Shown: positions 18,117-26,094 of the stretch, in pieces
How positions within the stretch are numbered: position 1 is the first letter of the stretch
Layout of the letters: each line of letters opens with the position of its first letter
Assembly (NCBI RefSeq): GCF_000012905.2
Contig: NC_007493.2
Location: 2,400,001 to 2,432,000, forward strand
Length of the DNA: 32,000 nucleotides
From: Cereibacter sphaeroides 2.4.1
GTDB taxonomy: Bacteria; Pseudomonadota; Alphaproteobacteria; Rhodobacterales; Rhodobacteraceae
Direction of reading: 5' to 3'
Notes under the pieces: model-generated
Database searches by the model: none
What the model was told of the DNA's origin: nothing
What the model saw: the letters and a program-made list of their open reading frames with translations, nothing else
Made by a program: the position numbers and the translations under genes

Positions 18117-19051
18117 GCGCGCTGATCGACGTCATCCTGCCGGTCTTCCTCGTCATCGGCTTCGGATATGCCGTCGCGCGGGCGGGCCTCATTGCCGAGG
18201 CCACGGTGGATGCGATCATGCGCTTCGCGCAGAACTTCGCCGTCCCCTGCCTGCTCTTCGCCTCGATTGCCCGGCTCGATCTGGCGGCGAACTACGACCT
18301 CGGCCTGTTCGTCTCGTTCTATGCCGGCGCCTTCACCTGCTTTGCCCTGGGCTTCGCCACCGCGCGGTTCCTCGCCGGGCGCGCGCTGGCCGATTGCGTG
18401 GCCATCGGCTTTGCCTGCTTCTTCTCCAACTCGCTGCTCCTGGGCCTGCCCATTACCGAGCGCGCCTACGGCCCCGACGCGCTGGCCGCGAACTATGCGA
18501 TCATCTCGATCCATTCGCCGCTCCTCTACGGTTTCGGCATCACGCTGATGGAGCTCGTGCGCTCGCACGGGCTCGGCCTCTCGAAGCCGCGGCTCGCGCG
18601 GCAGGTGGTCACCGCGATCTTCAGCCAGCCGCTCGTGATCGGCATTTCGCTGGGCTTTCTGGTAAATCTCACGGGCGTGACGCTGCCCGGCGCTCTGTCG
18701 GCGGCGGTCGAGATGATGGGACGCGCCGCGCTGCCCACGGCGCTCTTCGGGCTGGGCGGCGTGCTCGTGCGCTACCGCCCCGAAGGCGACATGAAGCTGA
18801 TCGGCATGGTGGCGACCCTGTCGCTGATGGTCCACCCCGCCATGGTCTGGCTGCTCGGCCGGCATCTCTTCTCGCTCGACACGGCACAGATCCGGTCGGC
18901 CGTCATCACCTCGGCGATGGCGCCGGGCGTGAATGCCTATCTCTTCTCGAACCTCTACGGCGTGGCCAAGCGCGTGACCGCCTCGGCGGTGCTGATCGCG
19001 ACCGGAGCCTCGATCCTCACCACCTGGTTCTGGCTTCAGCTCCTGCCCTGA
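18113..19051 (+). CDS. AEC (auxin efflux carrier) family transporter
   Basis: Last 312 aa of track ORF 17075..19051, from ATG 18113: MSALIDVILPVFLVIGFGYAV... About 10 TM segments. The upstream part of that ORF is another gene's alternate frame. Confidence 0.85.
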   Translation: MSALIDVILPVFLVIGFGYAVARAGLIAEATVDAIMRFAQNFAVPCLLFASIARLDLAANYDLGLFVSFYAGAFTCFALGFATARFLAGRALADCVAIGFACFFSNSLLLGLPITERAYGPDALAANYAIISIHSPLLYGFGITLMELVRSHGLGLSKPRLARQVVTAIFSQPLVIGISLGFLVNLTGVTLPGALSAAVEMMGRAALPTALFGLGGVLVRYRPEGDMKLIGMVATLSLMVHPAMVWLLGRHLFSLDTAQIRSAVITSAMAPGVNAYLFSNLYGVAKRVTASAVLIATGASILTTWFWLQLLP

Positions 19052-21783
19052 TCCCCCGCCATCGCCCGGCGCACCATCGTGTTGAGCCAGGCCATGCCCG
19101 CGAGCACGAGGCCCAAGCAGAAGAAGCTCAGCACCCGGACGAGGCCCGAAAGGCCCGCCGCATCCCAGAGGAACACCTTGGCCACCGTGAGCGCGAGAAC
19201 CGCCATGGCGAGCCGGCGCAGCAGCTCCGAGCGCAGGCGCACGGCCTGCCAGAGGAGCACTGCGCCCCCCGCCAGAAGGGCCACCGTGTAGCTGTAGAGC
19301 TCGCCCTGAAGCACGCCCGGCGCGTCGATCCGGGGCCCGTGCCAGAGCCTGCGGATCTCGAGCACCGCCCAGAGGAGAAGGAAGGCGCCTCCGAGGGCCG
19401 CGAGCGCTGACTGCAGCCGGCCTAGGCCCGGCAGGTGCCGCGCCCCGAGCAGGAACAGCGCCCCGGGCAGCGCATAGGCGAGGAGCAGCGTGTCGAGGAT
19501 CGGCAGGCCAAGGATCTCGCCCCGCAGCCCGGCGCCGAGCGGGTTCGCGGTGGTCACGGCGAGCCCCAGCGGCATCAGCGCAAGCGCGAAGGCCCCCGCC
19601 GCCACGATCCGGCGGAGGAGGTCGATCCGGCCGCCGGACCCGATCCGCCAGAGCTGCGCCCCCGCCACGACCAGCCATGGCAGCGCCTGCAGGGTCAGGA
19701 ACCAGTGGGTGTTCACCGATTCGACCGGGTCGATCAGCGGGAAGCGGCGGGTGAGCAGCACATTCACCAGAAGCGCGGCCCAGGCGGCGGCCGCGCTCTC
19801 GGCCACGGCGCGCTCGAGCCGCCGCTCGGGCGGCAGCAGGCGGCGCGCCCCCACCACCGCGGCGATGGCGCCCGCGAAGGCCGCAAGCATCGGCAGGGCC
19901 GGCGCGAAGCGTGCCCAGACGAGGCCCGGATCGACGACCAGCCGGTAGCTGATGGCCGCCACGCCGGCCTGCAGGAACCAGCCCATCTCGACGAGCCGCA
20001 GCCGCCGGTCGAGCCAGGCCCCGGCAACGACCAGCACCGCCAGCGCGAGCGTCAGCGCCGCCGCATCGAGGAGAAGGAAGAGCGCGAGGGATACCGACGC
20101 GAGCGCCGAGAGGATCGCCCAGGCCATCGGCCGGCGATCCTCGAGCCGCGACCAGCGCACCGCGAACCAGGTCATGAGGGCCGCGACCGCCATCACATGC
20201 AGCGCCCAGGGCAGCGAGCCGAGCACCAGCCCCGGCGCCCAGCGGAACTCGAGGAGGGCCGCGGCGACCGGCGCCGTCAGCACCGCCCCGAGGGCCAGCG
20301 GACGGCGGACGGATCCGAAGGCGCGCCCCGCGAAGGCCACCGACATGACGGCGGCCAGTGCCAGAAGCGCCGTGGCCGTGGCGGGCGGCGAGGTCTCGGG
20401 CGGGCGGCTTCCGAGCGCGAGGCCCGTGAATTGCGACGCCATCCAGAGGTCCGTCCAGAGCCGCAGGAGGAAGGCCGCCGCCGGCAGCAGCGCCAGATCG
20501 CCGATCCCCGGCGCCCGCAGGCTGAGGACGACGAGGCCCACGGCCAGCGCGGCGAGCGTCCCGAAGGACCAGAAGCCCTCGACCGTGTACCAGAGCGCGA
20601 AGGAAGCCGCTGCCACCATGCCGAGCGCCAGCCGGACCGGGACCGAGAGGCGCGGCCCCGCGTCGGCCCCGCGCGCGAGGAGAACCGCCGTCAGCCGCTC
20701 GCTCGGCGCGGGTGCGGCATGTTCCGGCACCGGCGCCCGGCCCGGCACCACGACGGCGAGCAGGACGAGGGCCCCGAGCGTCAGCGCCCAGCCGCCCTGC
20801 CCCGCGCCGCCCAGATACATGAGGAAGGCCCCCCCGGTGCCGATCGCCAGCGCCAGCACCGACACCCAACGCCAGAGGCGGAAGGCATCGACCGCGAGGC
20901 CGAGGAACGCCACGAGGAGGTAATAGGGATAGAGCGCGGCCGTTGCCCCCTGCCCGCCCGCGACGAGGAACGGCGCAGCCCCCGCCCCGACCAGCCCCAT
21001 GGCGGCGAGGAACGGCCCGTGCCGCCAGCCCAGCAGCACCGCCCCGAGCGTGGTGGCCACCAGCCCCACCAGCGTCAGTTCCGGACCGTAGAGACCGTAG
21101 AGGAGCCGCCCCGCGACGATCCCGCCGTAGATCGAGACGAGCCCCGCGGCCGAGAAGGTCGAGGGCAGCAGAAGCGCCGGCGCCTCCTCGCCGTCGCCGC
21201 CGCGGCGGCGGATCCACTCGCCCGCCGCCACCAGCGCCCCGCCGAAGCCGACGGCCGCCGCCACACGGAGCGCGGGCGGCAGGAGCCCCTGCTCGATCCC
21301 GTATTGCACGAAGAAGATCCCCGCGAGCGCGAGCGACACGGCCGAGAGGGTGAAGGCCCAGTTGCTGCGCAGCCAGAGCGACAGCGCCGCAATCCGCCCG
21401 GGCCCTTCGGGCCTTGCCCGGTCGGGCGGCGGCAGATCGCCGGAGGCAGGCCCCGGCAGGCCGGGTTCGGACCGAGCGGTCTCGCGCGGCTCAGTCGCCT
21501 CGGGCAACGGCGGCACGGCCGGACGCCCGGCGCGGACCCAGGGCCCCACGGCCTCGATCATGTCGGCAGGCGGCCTCTCGGGCTGAGGCAAAGGCTCTGC
21601 GCGCGGCGCCTCGGCAGGAGCCGGTCCCGGTCCCGCCAGAGCCGCCTCGAGCGCTGCCTCGAGCTTCGCCACCCGGGCCGAGAGGCGGCGCTGGCGCAGG
21701 GTCAGAACCAGCGTCGCGATGGGCGTGGCCAACAGGACAGCGGCTAGGAGCACCCCCATCAGGATGAAGAAATCCTCGTTCAC
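19036..21783 (-). CDS. large polytopic membrane protein, DUF2339-like (915 aa)
   Basis: Track ORF 19036..21783. GTG start (complement of cac 21781-21783) with GGGGAGGG SD. N-terminal TM segment plus coiled coil (RLSARVAKLEAALEAAL) and a Pro-rich linker, then more than 20 hydrophobic segments. The same-strand 1044-aa ORF 18083..21217 is Arg/Gly-rich junk. Confidence 0.75.
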   Translation of the reverse strand: MNEDFFILMGVLLAAVLLATPIATLVLTLRQRRLSARVAKLEAALEAALAGPGPAPAEAPRAEPLPQPERPPADMIEAVGPWVRAGRPAVPPLPEATEPRETARSEPGLPGPASGDLPPPDRARPEGPGRIAALSLWLRSNWAFTLSAVSLALAGIFFVQYGIEQGLLPPALRVAAAVGFGGALVAAGEWIRRRGGDGEEAPALLLPSTFSAAGLVSIYGGIVAGRLLYGLYGPELTLVGLVATTLGAVLLGWRHGPFLAAMGLVGAGAAPFLVAGGQGATAALYPYYLLVAFLGLAVDAFRLWRWVSVLALAIGTGGAFLMYLGGAGQGGWALTLGALVLLAVVVPGRAPVPEHAAPAPSERLTAVLLARGADAGPRLSVPVRLALGMVAAASFALWYTVEGFWSFGTLAALAVGLVVLSLRAPGIGDLALLPAAAFLLRLWTDLWMASQFTGLALGSRPPETSPPATATALLALAAVMSVAFAGRAFGSVRRPLALGAVLTAPVAAALLEFRWAPGLVLGSLPWALHVMAVAALMTWFAVRWSRLEDRRPMAWAILSALASVSLALFLLLDAAALTLALAVLVVAGAWLDRRLRLVEMGWFLQAGVAAISYRLVVDPGLVWARFAPALPMLAAFAGAIAAVVGARRLLPPERRLERAVAESAAAAWAALLVNVLLTRRFPLIDPVESVNTHWFLTLQALPWLVVAGAQLWRIGSGGRIDLLRRIVAAGAFALALMPLGLAVTTANPLGAGLRGEILGLPILDTLLLAYALPGALFLLGARHLPGLGRLQSALAALGGAFLLLWAVLEIRRLWHGPRIDAPGVLQGELYSYTVALLAGGAVLLWQAVRLRSELLRRLAMAVLALTVAKVFLWDAAGLSGLVRVLSFFCLGLVLAGMAWLNTMVRRAMAGDQGRS

Positions 21784-22217
21784 GCCGCCCTCCCCTGCTC
21801 GTCCGTCCGCGGCACGATGCCACGGATCTCAGCGGATGGGCAGGGGCATCGTTGTGATAAAAGACCGGCCTTTCCGAGGGATGGCGGACGGTGGCATCCG
21901 CGCCCCGCGCTTTCGGGGTCCGGCCCCGCCCGCGCGCTGCCGGCAGCGCCCTTCAGCGGCGCGTCTCCGGCACCAGCGTCCCGGCGCGACCGCACGCGCC
22001 GACGAAACAGTCTCGACCATCGGCTCGCCCCCCCACGCGCCCGGCAATGCCGGGGCACCGCTTGCGCGGGCGGATCTGGCATGGCGGCCTTGGCCATGCA
22101 GGACAGGGAGACCGCCGGGGCTGAGCGTCAGTCCGACCCGAGAAGCACGGTTGGGCCCGGGTGCGGAGCCTCCGCGGGCCCGCCAGTCGGACAAACCCTC
22201 CCCAGCGGGCGGTCCCC

Positions 22218-22973
22218 TCAGGGCCGGCGCTTCCTTTCGGTGACATAGGCGAGCGCCAGCGGCAGCGCGTTCAACTCGCGCGAGCCGGGCCGGGCCAGCC
22301 GCAGGGCCGCGGCCGCGGGGGCGATCATGCCCATCAGCATGGCCATCCGCCGCACCGCCCGCCATGTGCCCTCGGGCGCGTGGGCGAGATAGGCCGTCAG
22401 CGCCACGCCCAGCACATCGTGCGACGTACGGTCGGCGCAGAGACAGGAATGGATGAAGATCATCACGTCGAGCGCGAAATGCCGCCTGCGCCGCCGGTCG
22501 CCCCAGCGCGAGAGGCTGATGAAGCGGACCTCGGCACCGTCCCAGCAGATCGCCCGCACCGTGGGCCGGCCATGGGTGATCCCCGCCCGATGCAGCCGCG
22601 CCAGCGCCTCGCCGGCCGCCGCGAAGGCCGCCGCCCGCTCGCGGCTCCGCACGTCGGGCGAGCGCAGGAGGTGGCGCAGGTTCGCGCCCGCGTCCCGCGT
22701 CACGAGCCAGTCGCCCTCGCCCTCGACCAGCCGGCCCACGGGAAGACCCGCCTCGGCCAGCCGCAGGAATGCCTCGCGCTCGCGCCGGAGCAGACGGCGC
22801 ATGTCGCCCTTGCGCTGCCAGGCGCGGTGGGTGAGGTCCTCGATCCGCTTCAGCCAGAGCTGGTTTCCGTCCGGCAGCGGCAGGGGCCGGACGCGCACCG
22901 GCGGCTCGGCCAGCCCGGCACGGATCGCCGTGGCGAAGGGGTCGGAGGGAAGGGCTGCATCGACCTGGGACAT
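22218..22973 (-). CDS. protein-kinase-like fold protein (Kdo/LPS-kinase/RIO-like), catalytic loop degenerate
   Basis: Track ORF 22218..22973, ATG start. LWLKR (beta3 Lys-like), EREAFLRLAEAGLPVGRLV (alphaC plus G.PvP), DWLVTRDAG (hinge), and LHRAGITHGRPTVRAI where HGDLxxxN is expected. Family assignment is from memory. Confidence 0.5.
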   Translation of the reverse strand: MSQVDAALPSDPFATAIRAGLAEPPVRVRPLPLPDGNQLWLKRIEDLTHRAWQRKGDMRRLLRREREAFLRLAEAGLPVGRLVEGEGDWLVTRDAGANLRHLLRSPDVRSRERAAAFAAAGEALARLHRAGITHGRPTVRAICWDGAEVRFISLSRWGDRRRRRHFALDVMIFIHSCLCADRTSHDVLGVALTAYLAHAPEGTWRAVRRMAMLMGMIAPAAAALRLARPGSRELNALPLALAYVTERKRRP

Positions 22974-23101
22974 GGCAACTACCCCGGCGGCACCGTGCCG
23001 TCATGATCCGAGGTTAGCAGCGGATCGCCACCCGCCGAGAGAGCCTGTTGCCGCACCCGCGCAAGAAACTGTCGCGGAGGCTGCCGCACCGCGGCCGCCT
23101 C

Positions 23102-23132
23102 AAGGCAAAGGGGCGGCCCGAAGGCCGCCCCC
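23102..23132 (-). terminator. rho-independent terminator of hemC
   Basis: Perfect 9-bp GC stem ggggcggcc (23111-23119) / ggccgcccc (23124-23132) with a 4-nt loop. On the minus strand it is followed by CTTTGCCTTG. It lies 19 nt after the hemC stop. Confidence 0.6.
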
Positions 23133-23150
23133 CATCCATGCCCGTGTGGC

Positions 23151-24095
23151 TCAACGCCAGCTGAAGAAGTCGGCCGGCGCCCGGCCCAGAAGCTCCGAGG
23201 CCAGCTCGGACCCGAGGGCCGCCGCATCCGCGATCGCACCGCGGATCTCGCCCGAGATCGACTCGGACCCGTCCGGCCGCAGGATCTCGCCGCGCAGCCA
23301 CAGCTGATCGCCCTCGAGGATCGCGAGCCCCGCGATCGGCGTCTCGCACGAGCCGTCGAGCTTCAGAAGGAAGCTGCGCTCGGCCGCGAGCCGGTGCCCC
23401 GTGGGCACGTCGTGGATCGCGGCCAGCATCTCCTGCGCCCGCGGATCGTCGGTCCGGCGCTCGATCCCGATGGCGCCCTGCGCCACGGCAGAGAGCATTT
23501 CCTCGGACTCGATCGGCACCCGCGGCACCTCGTTCATCTTCAGCCGGTTCAGCCCGGCCATAGCGAGGAAGGTGCCCCGCGCCACCCCGTCGTTCAGCTT
23601 CTTCAGACGGGTCTGGAGGTTCCCGCGGAACTCGACCACCTGCAGGTCCGGCCGCTTGTTCAGCAGCTGCGCGCGGCGGCGCAGGCTCGACGAGCCGACC
23701 GTGGCCCCCTGCGGCAAATCCGCCAGCCCCCCCTCGGCGAAGGTGATGAAGGCATCCCGCGTGTCCTCGCGCGGGAGGTAGGTGTCGAGGATCAGCCCCT
23801 CGGGCTGAAGCGTCGGCATGTCCTTCATCGAATGGACCGCGATGTCGATTCCCCCCGACAGCAGGGCCTCCTCGATCTCGCGGGTGAACAGGCCCTTGCC
23901 GCCGATCTCCTTGAGCGGACGGTCCAAGACCTTGTCACCTGTGGTTTTTATGACCACGATTTCGAATGCCTCTTCCGGCAGCGAGAAGGCGGCCGACAGG
24001 CGGCTGCGGGTCTCGTAGGCCTGAGCCAGCGCAAGCGGCGAGCCGCGCGTGCCGATCTTGAGGGGTTCAGCGGGGGTGGGCATGGAGTGTGTCAT
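23151..24095 (-). CDS. hemC: hydroxymethylbilane synthase (porphobilinogen deaminase)
   Basis: Track ORF 23151..24152. Conserved core LKIGTRGSPLALAQA...HSMKDMPT. In-frame ATGs end at 24152, 24119, 24095 and 24083, none with a clear SD. 24095 was chosen on N-terminal length relative to the KIGTRGS motif. Confidence 0.92.
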   Translation of the reverse strand: MTHSMPTPAEPLKIGTRGSPLALAQAYETRSRLSAAFSLPEEAFEIVVIKTTGDKVLDRPLKEIGGKGLFTREIEEALLSGGIDIAVHSMKDMPTLQPEGLILDTYLPREDTRDAFITFAEGGLADLPQGATVGSSSLRRRAQLLNKRPDLQVVEFRGNLQTRLKKLNDGVARGTFLAMAGLNRLKMNEVPRVPIESEEMLSAVAQGAIGIERRTDDPRAQEMLAAIHDVPTGHRLAAERSFLLKLDGSCETPIAGLAILEGDQLWLRGEILRPDGSESISGEIRGAIADAAALGSELASELLGRAPADFFSWR

Positions 24096-24112
24096 GCCGA
24101 TTTGGTTAGCGC

Positions 24113-24130
24113 TGTCCATTTGCCCTGACA
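24113..24130. promoter_or_regulatory. PpsR/CrtJ-type operator candidate TGTc-N10-gACA in the hemC/hemE divergent region
   Basis: TGT (24113-24115), 12 nt, ACA (24128-24130), with inner c and g matching the extended consensus. It overlaps a TTGTCA -35-like hexamer for hemC (complement of 24126-24131). It sits 11 nt upstream of a TTGACA hexamer (24141-24146) facing hemE. Confidence 0.45.
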
Positions 24131-24196
24131 ACTCCCCATATTGACATCCCATGCTCAGCTTGGGAACCAGCAGGCAAGCTGAGAAGGAGCACCTCC

Positions 24197-25228
24197 ATGA
24201 CCAAGACGATGCTGCGTGCGCTGAAGGGCGAGACGCTGCCCACGCCTCCCATCTGGCTCATGCGTCAGGCGGGGCGCTATCTGCCGGAATACCGCGCCAC
24301 GCGCGCCCAGGCGGGGGACTTCCTCTCGCTCTGCTACACGCCGGATCTCGCGGCGGAAGTGACGCTCCAGCCGATCCGTCGCTACGGGTTCGACGCGGCG
24401 ATCCTCTTTGCCGACATCCTGCTCCTGCCGCAGGCGCTGGGGGCGGACCTGTGGTTCGAAACCGGCGAAGGGCCGCGCATGTCGACCATCACCGACATGG
24501 CGGGCGTGACCGCGCTGAAGGGCCGCGACGACATCCACGAGACGCTCGCGCCGGTCTATGAGACCTGCCGCATCCTCGCCCGCGAACTTCCCAAGGAGAC
24601 AACCTTCATCGGCTTTGCGGGCATGCCCTGGACGGTCGCGACCTACATGATCGCGGGCCGCGGCAGCAAGGATCAGGCCGCTGCGCACAAGCTGAAGGAC
24701 ACCGACCGTCCCGCCTTCGAAGCGCTGATGGACCGCGTGACCGAGGCCACCATCGAATATCTCGCCAAGCAGGTCGAGGCCGGCTGCGAGGTGGTGAAGC
24801 TCTTCGACAGCTGGGCCGGCTCGCTGAAGGGCCAGGACTTCGAGGATTTCGCCGTGGCCCCCGCCAAGCGGATCGTCTCGGAACTCAAGGCCCGCTTCCA
24901 GGGCCTGCCGGTCATCGCCTTCCCGCGCGAGGCGGGCGAGGGCTACATCGGTTTCGCCGAGAAGACCGGGGCCGACTGCGTGGCCATCGACAATTCCGTC
25001 AGCCCGGAATGGGCGGCCGAGAAGGTGCAGGCGGGCCGGACCTGCGTGCAGGGCAACCTCGATCCGAAATACATGGTGACGGGCGGCGAGGAACTGGTGC
25101 AGGCCACGAAACGTGTGGTCGAGGCGTTCCGGAACGGCCCGCACATCTTCAACCTCGGCCATGGCATCACGCCCGAGGCCGATCCCGAGAACGTGACGCT
25201 GCTCGTCGAGACGATCCGCGGCAAGTGA
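24197..25228 (+). CDS. hemE: uroporphyrinogen decarboxylase
   Basis: Track ORF 24197..25228, 343 aa, GAAGGAG SD 7 nt upstream: [16 protein letters not shown]...[12 protein letters not shown]... Full-length HemE. Confidence 0.96.
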   Translation: MTKTMLRALKGETLPTPPIWLMRQAGRYLPEYRATRAQAGDFLSLCYTPDLAAEVTLQPIRRYGFDAAILFADILLLPQALGADLWFETGEGPRMSTITDMAGVTALKGRDDIHETLAPVYETCRILARELPKETTFIGFAGMPWTVATYMIAGRGSKDQAAAHKLKDTDRPAFEALMDRVTEATIEYLAKQVEAGCEVVKLFDSWAGSLKGQDFEDFAVAPAKRIVSELKARFQGLPVIAFPREAGEGYIGFAEKTGADCVAIDNSVSPEWAAEKVQAGRTCVQGNLDPKYMVTGGEELVQATKRVVEAFRNGPHIFNLGHGITPEADPENVTLLVETIRGK

Positions 25229-25235
25229 GGCAGGC

Positions 25236-25269
25236 GGGGGGCGGCTCACGCATCCTTGAGCCGCCCCCC
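25236..25269 (+). terminator. strong stem-loop after hemE (terminator candidate with a poor U-tract)
   Basis: Perfect 13-bp stem ggggggcggctca (25236-25248) / tgagccgcccccc (25257-25269) with an 8-nt loop, starting 8 nt after the hemE stop. Followed by GTTGCC, so no real T-run. Confidence 0.5.
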
Positions 25270-25327
25270 GTTGCCAAGAGCCCGAGGTCCGAGACAGGGT
25301 GTCCCCTCCCTTTCCCGGAGCAGACCC

Positions 25328-25954
25328 ATGCGGATGTCCCGCAGACCCTTCCTCCCCGCCCTCGCCGCCCTGGCCCTCCTCACGCTCGCGCCCGCCGCGG
25401 CGATGGCCAAGCCCGAGGCCTGCCTGACCTCGCTCGAGGGCTTCCCCACGGCGCTCGCCTATGACACCGGGGACGAGGAGGTGCGCGCCAACCGCTCGAT
25501 CCGCGAACGCTGGCTCGGCGGCTACGGCGAGATCACCTGCCCCGGCTATGTGACGCTGCGCGCCATGACGCCCGGGCTGAACGACCGGGAACGGTCGGTC
25601 TTCTGCCTCCAGTTCGACCGCGACTCCAACACCTACACGGGCTTCGCCGAGGGCAAGCGCGACGCCTATCTGCACTGCGCGCGCCCCTCCGGGGCCTTCT
25701 GCGAGAAGGTGAATGCCTCGGCCGAGACCGCCGGCAAGGTGGCCGGAGCCGCCGGACAGGCGCTGAACGGCGTCCGGGCGGTCGAGAACGGCACGGGCGC
25801 GGTGGTGCTGTCGGGCGCGACAGGCTCGGTCTCGGCCGCGCTCTCGAACCTCGGGGCAACCGCGCTCGCCACCGTCACCGCCCCCGCCGCCCTGACCGCC
25901 GCCGCCGTCACCGTCGTGGCAGTGGGCGGCGCGGTCTATGTCTGCAGCGAGTGA
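25328..25954 (+). CDS. hypothetical exported Cys-rich protein with Ala/Gly/Val-rich hydrophobic C-terminus
   Basis: Track ORF 25256..25954 trimmed to ATG 25328 (GGAG 7 nt upstream). The longer form would start inside the hemE hairpin. Signal peptide MRMSRRPFLPALAALALLTLAPAAAMA. Six Cys in the mature N-domain. C-terminal tail AALTAAAVTVVAVGGAVYVCSE. Confidence 0.7.
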   Translation: MRMSRRPFLPALAALALLTLAPAAAMAKPEACLTSLEGFPTALAYDTGDEEVRANRSIRERWLGGYGEITCPGYVTLRAMTPGLNDRERSVFCLQFDRDSNTYTGFAEGKRDAYLHCARPSGAFCEKVNASAETAGKVAGAAGQALNGVRAVENGTGAVVLSGATGSVSAALSNLGATALATVTAPAALTAAAVTVVAVGGAVYVCSE

Positions 25955-26094
25955 CATGCACCCGCTGCAGCGGGAGGGCGCGCCGTCGCCCTGTCGGCCG
26001 GCCCCTCGCATGAGAGCGTGAGCAAGCGTCAGAGGCCTCCGGCGGCGGAGCCGGGCCCGGGCACGTTACGGACCCATCCGGCCCAGCGGCTCCG

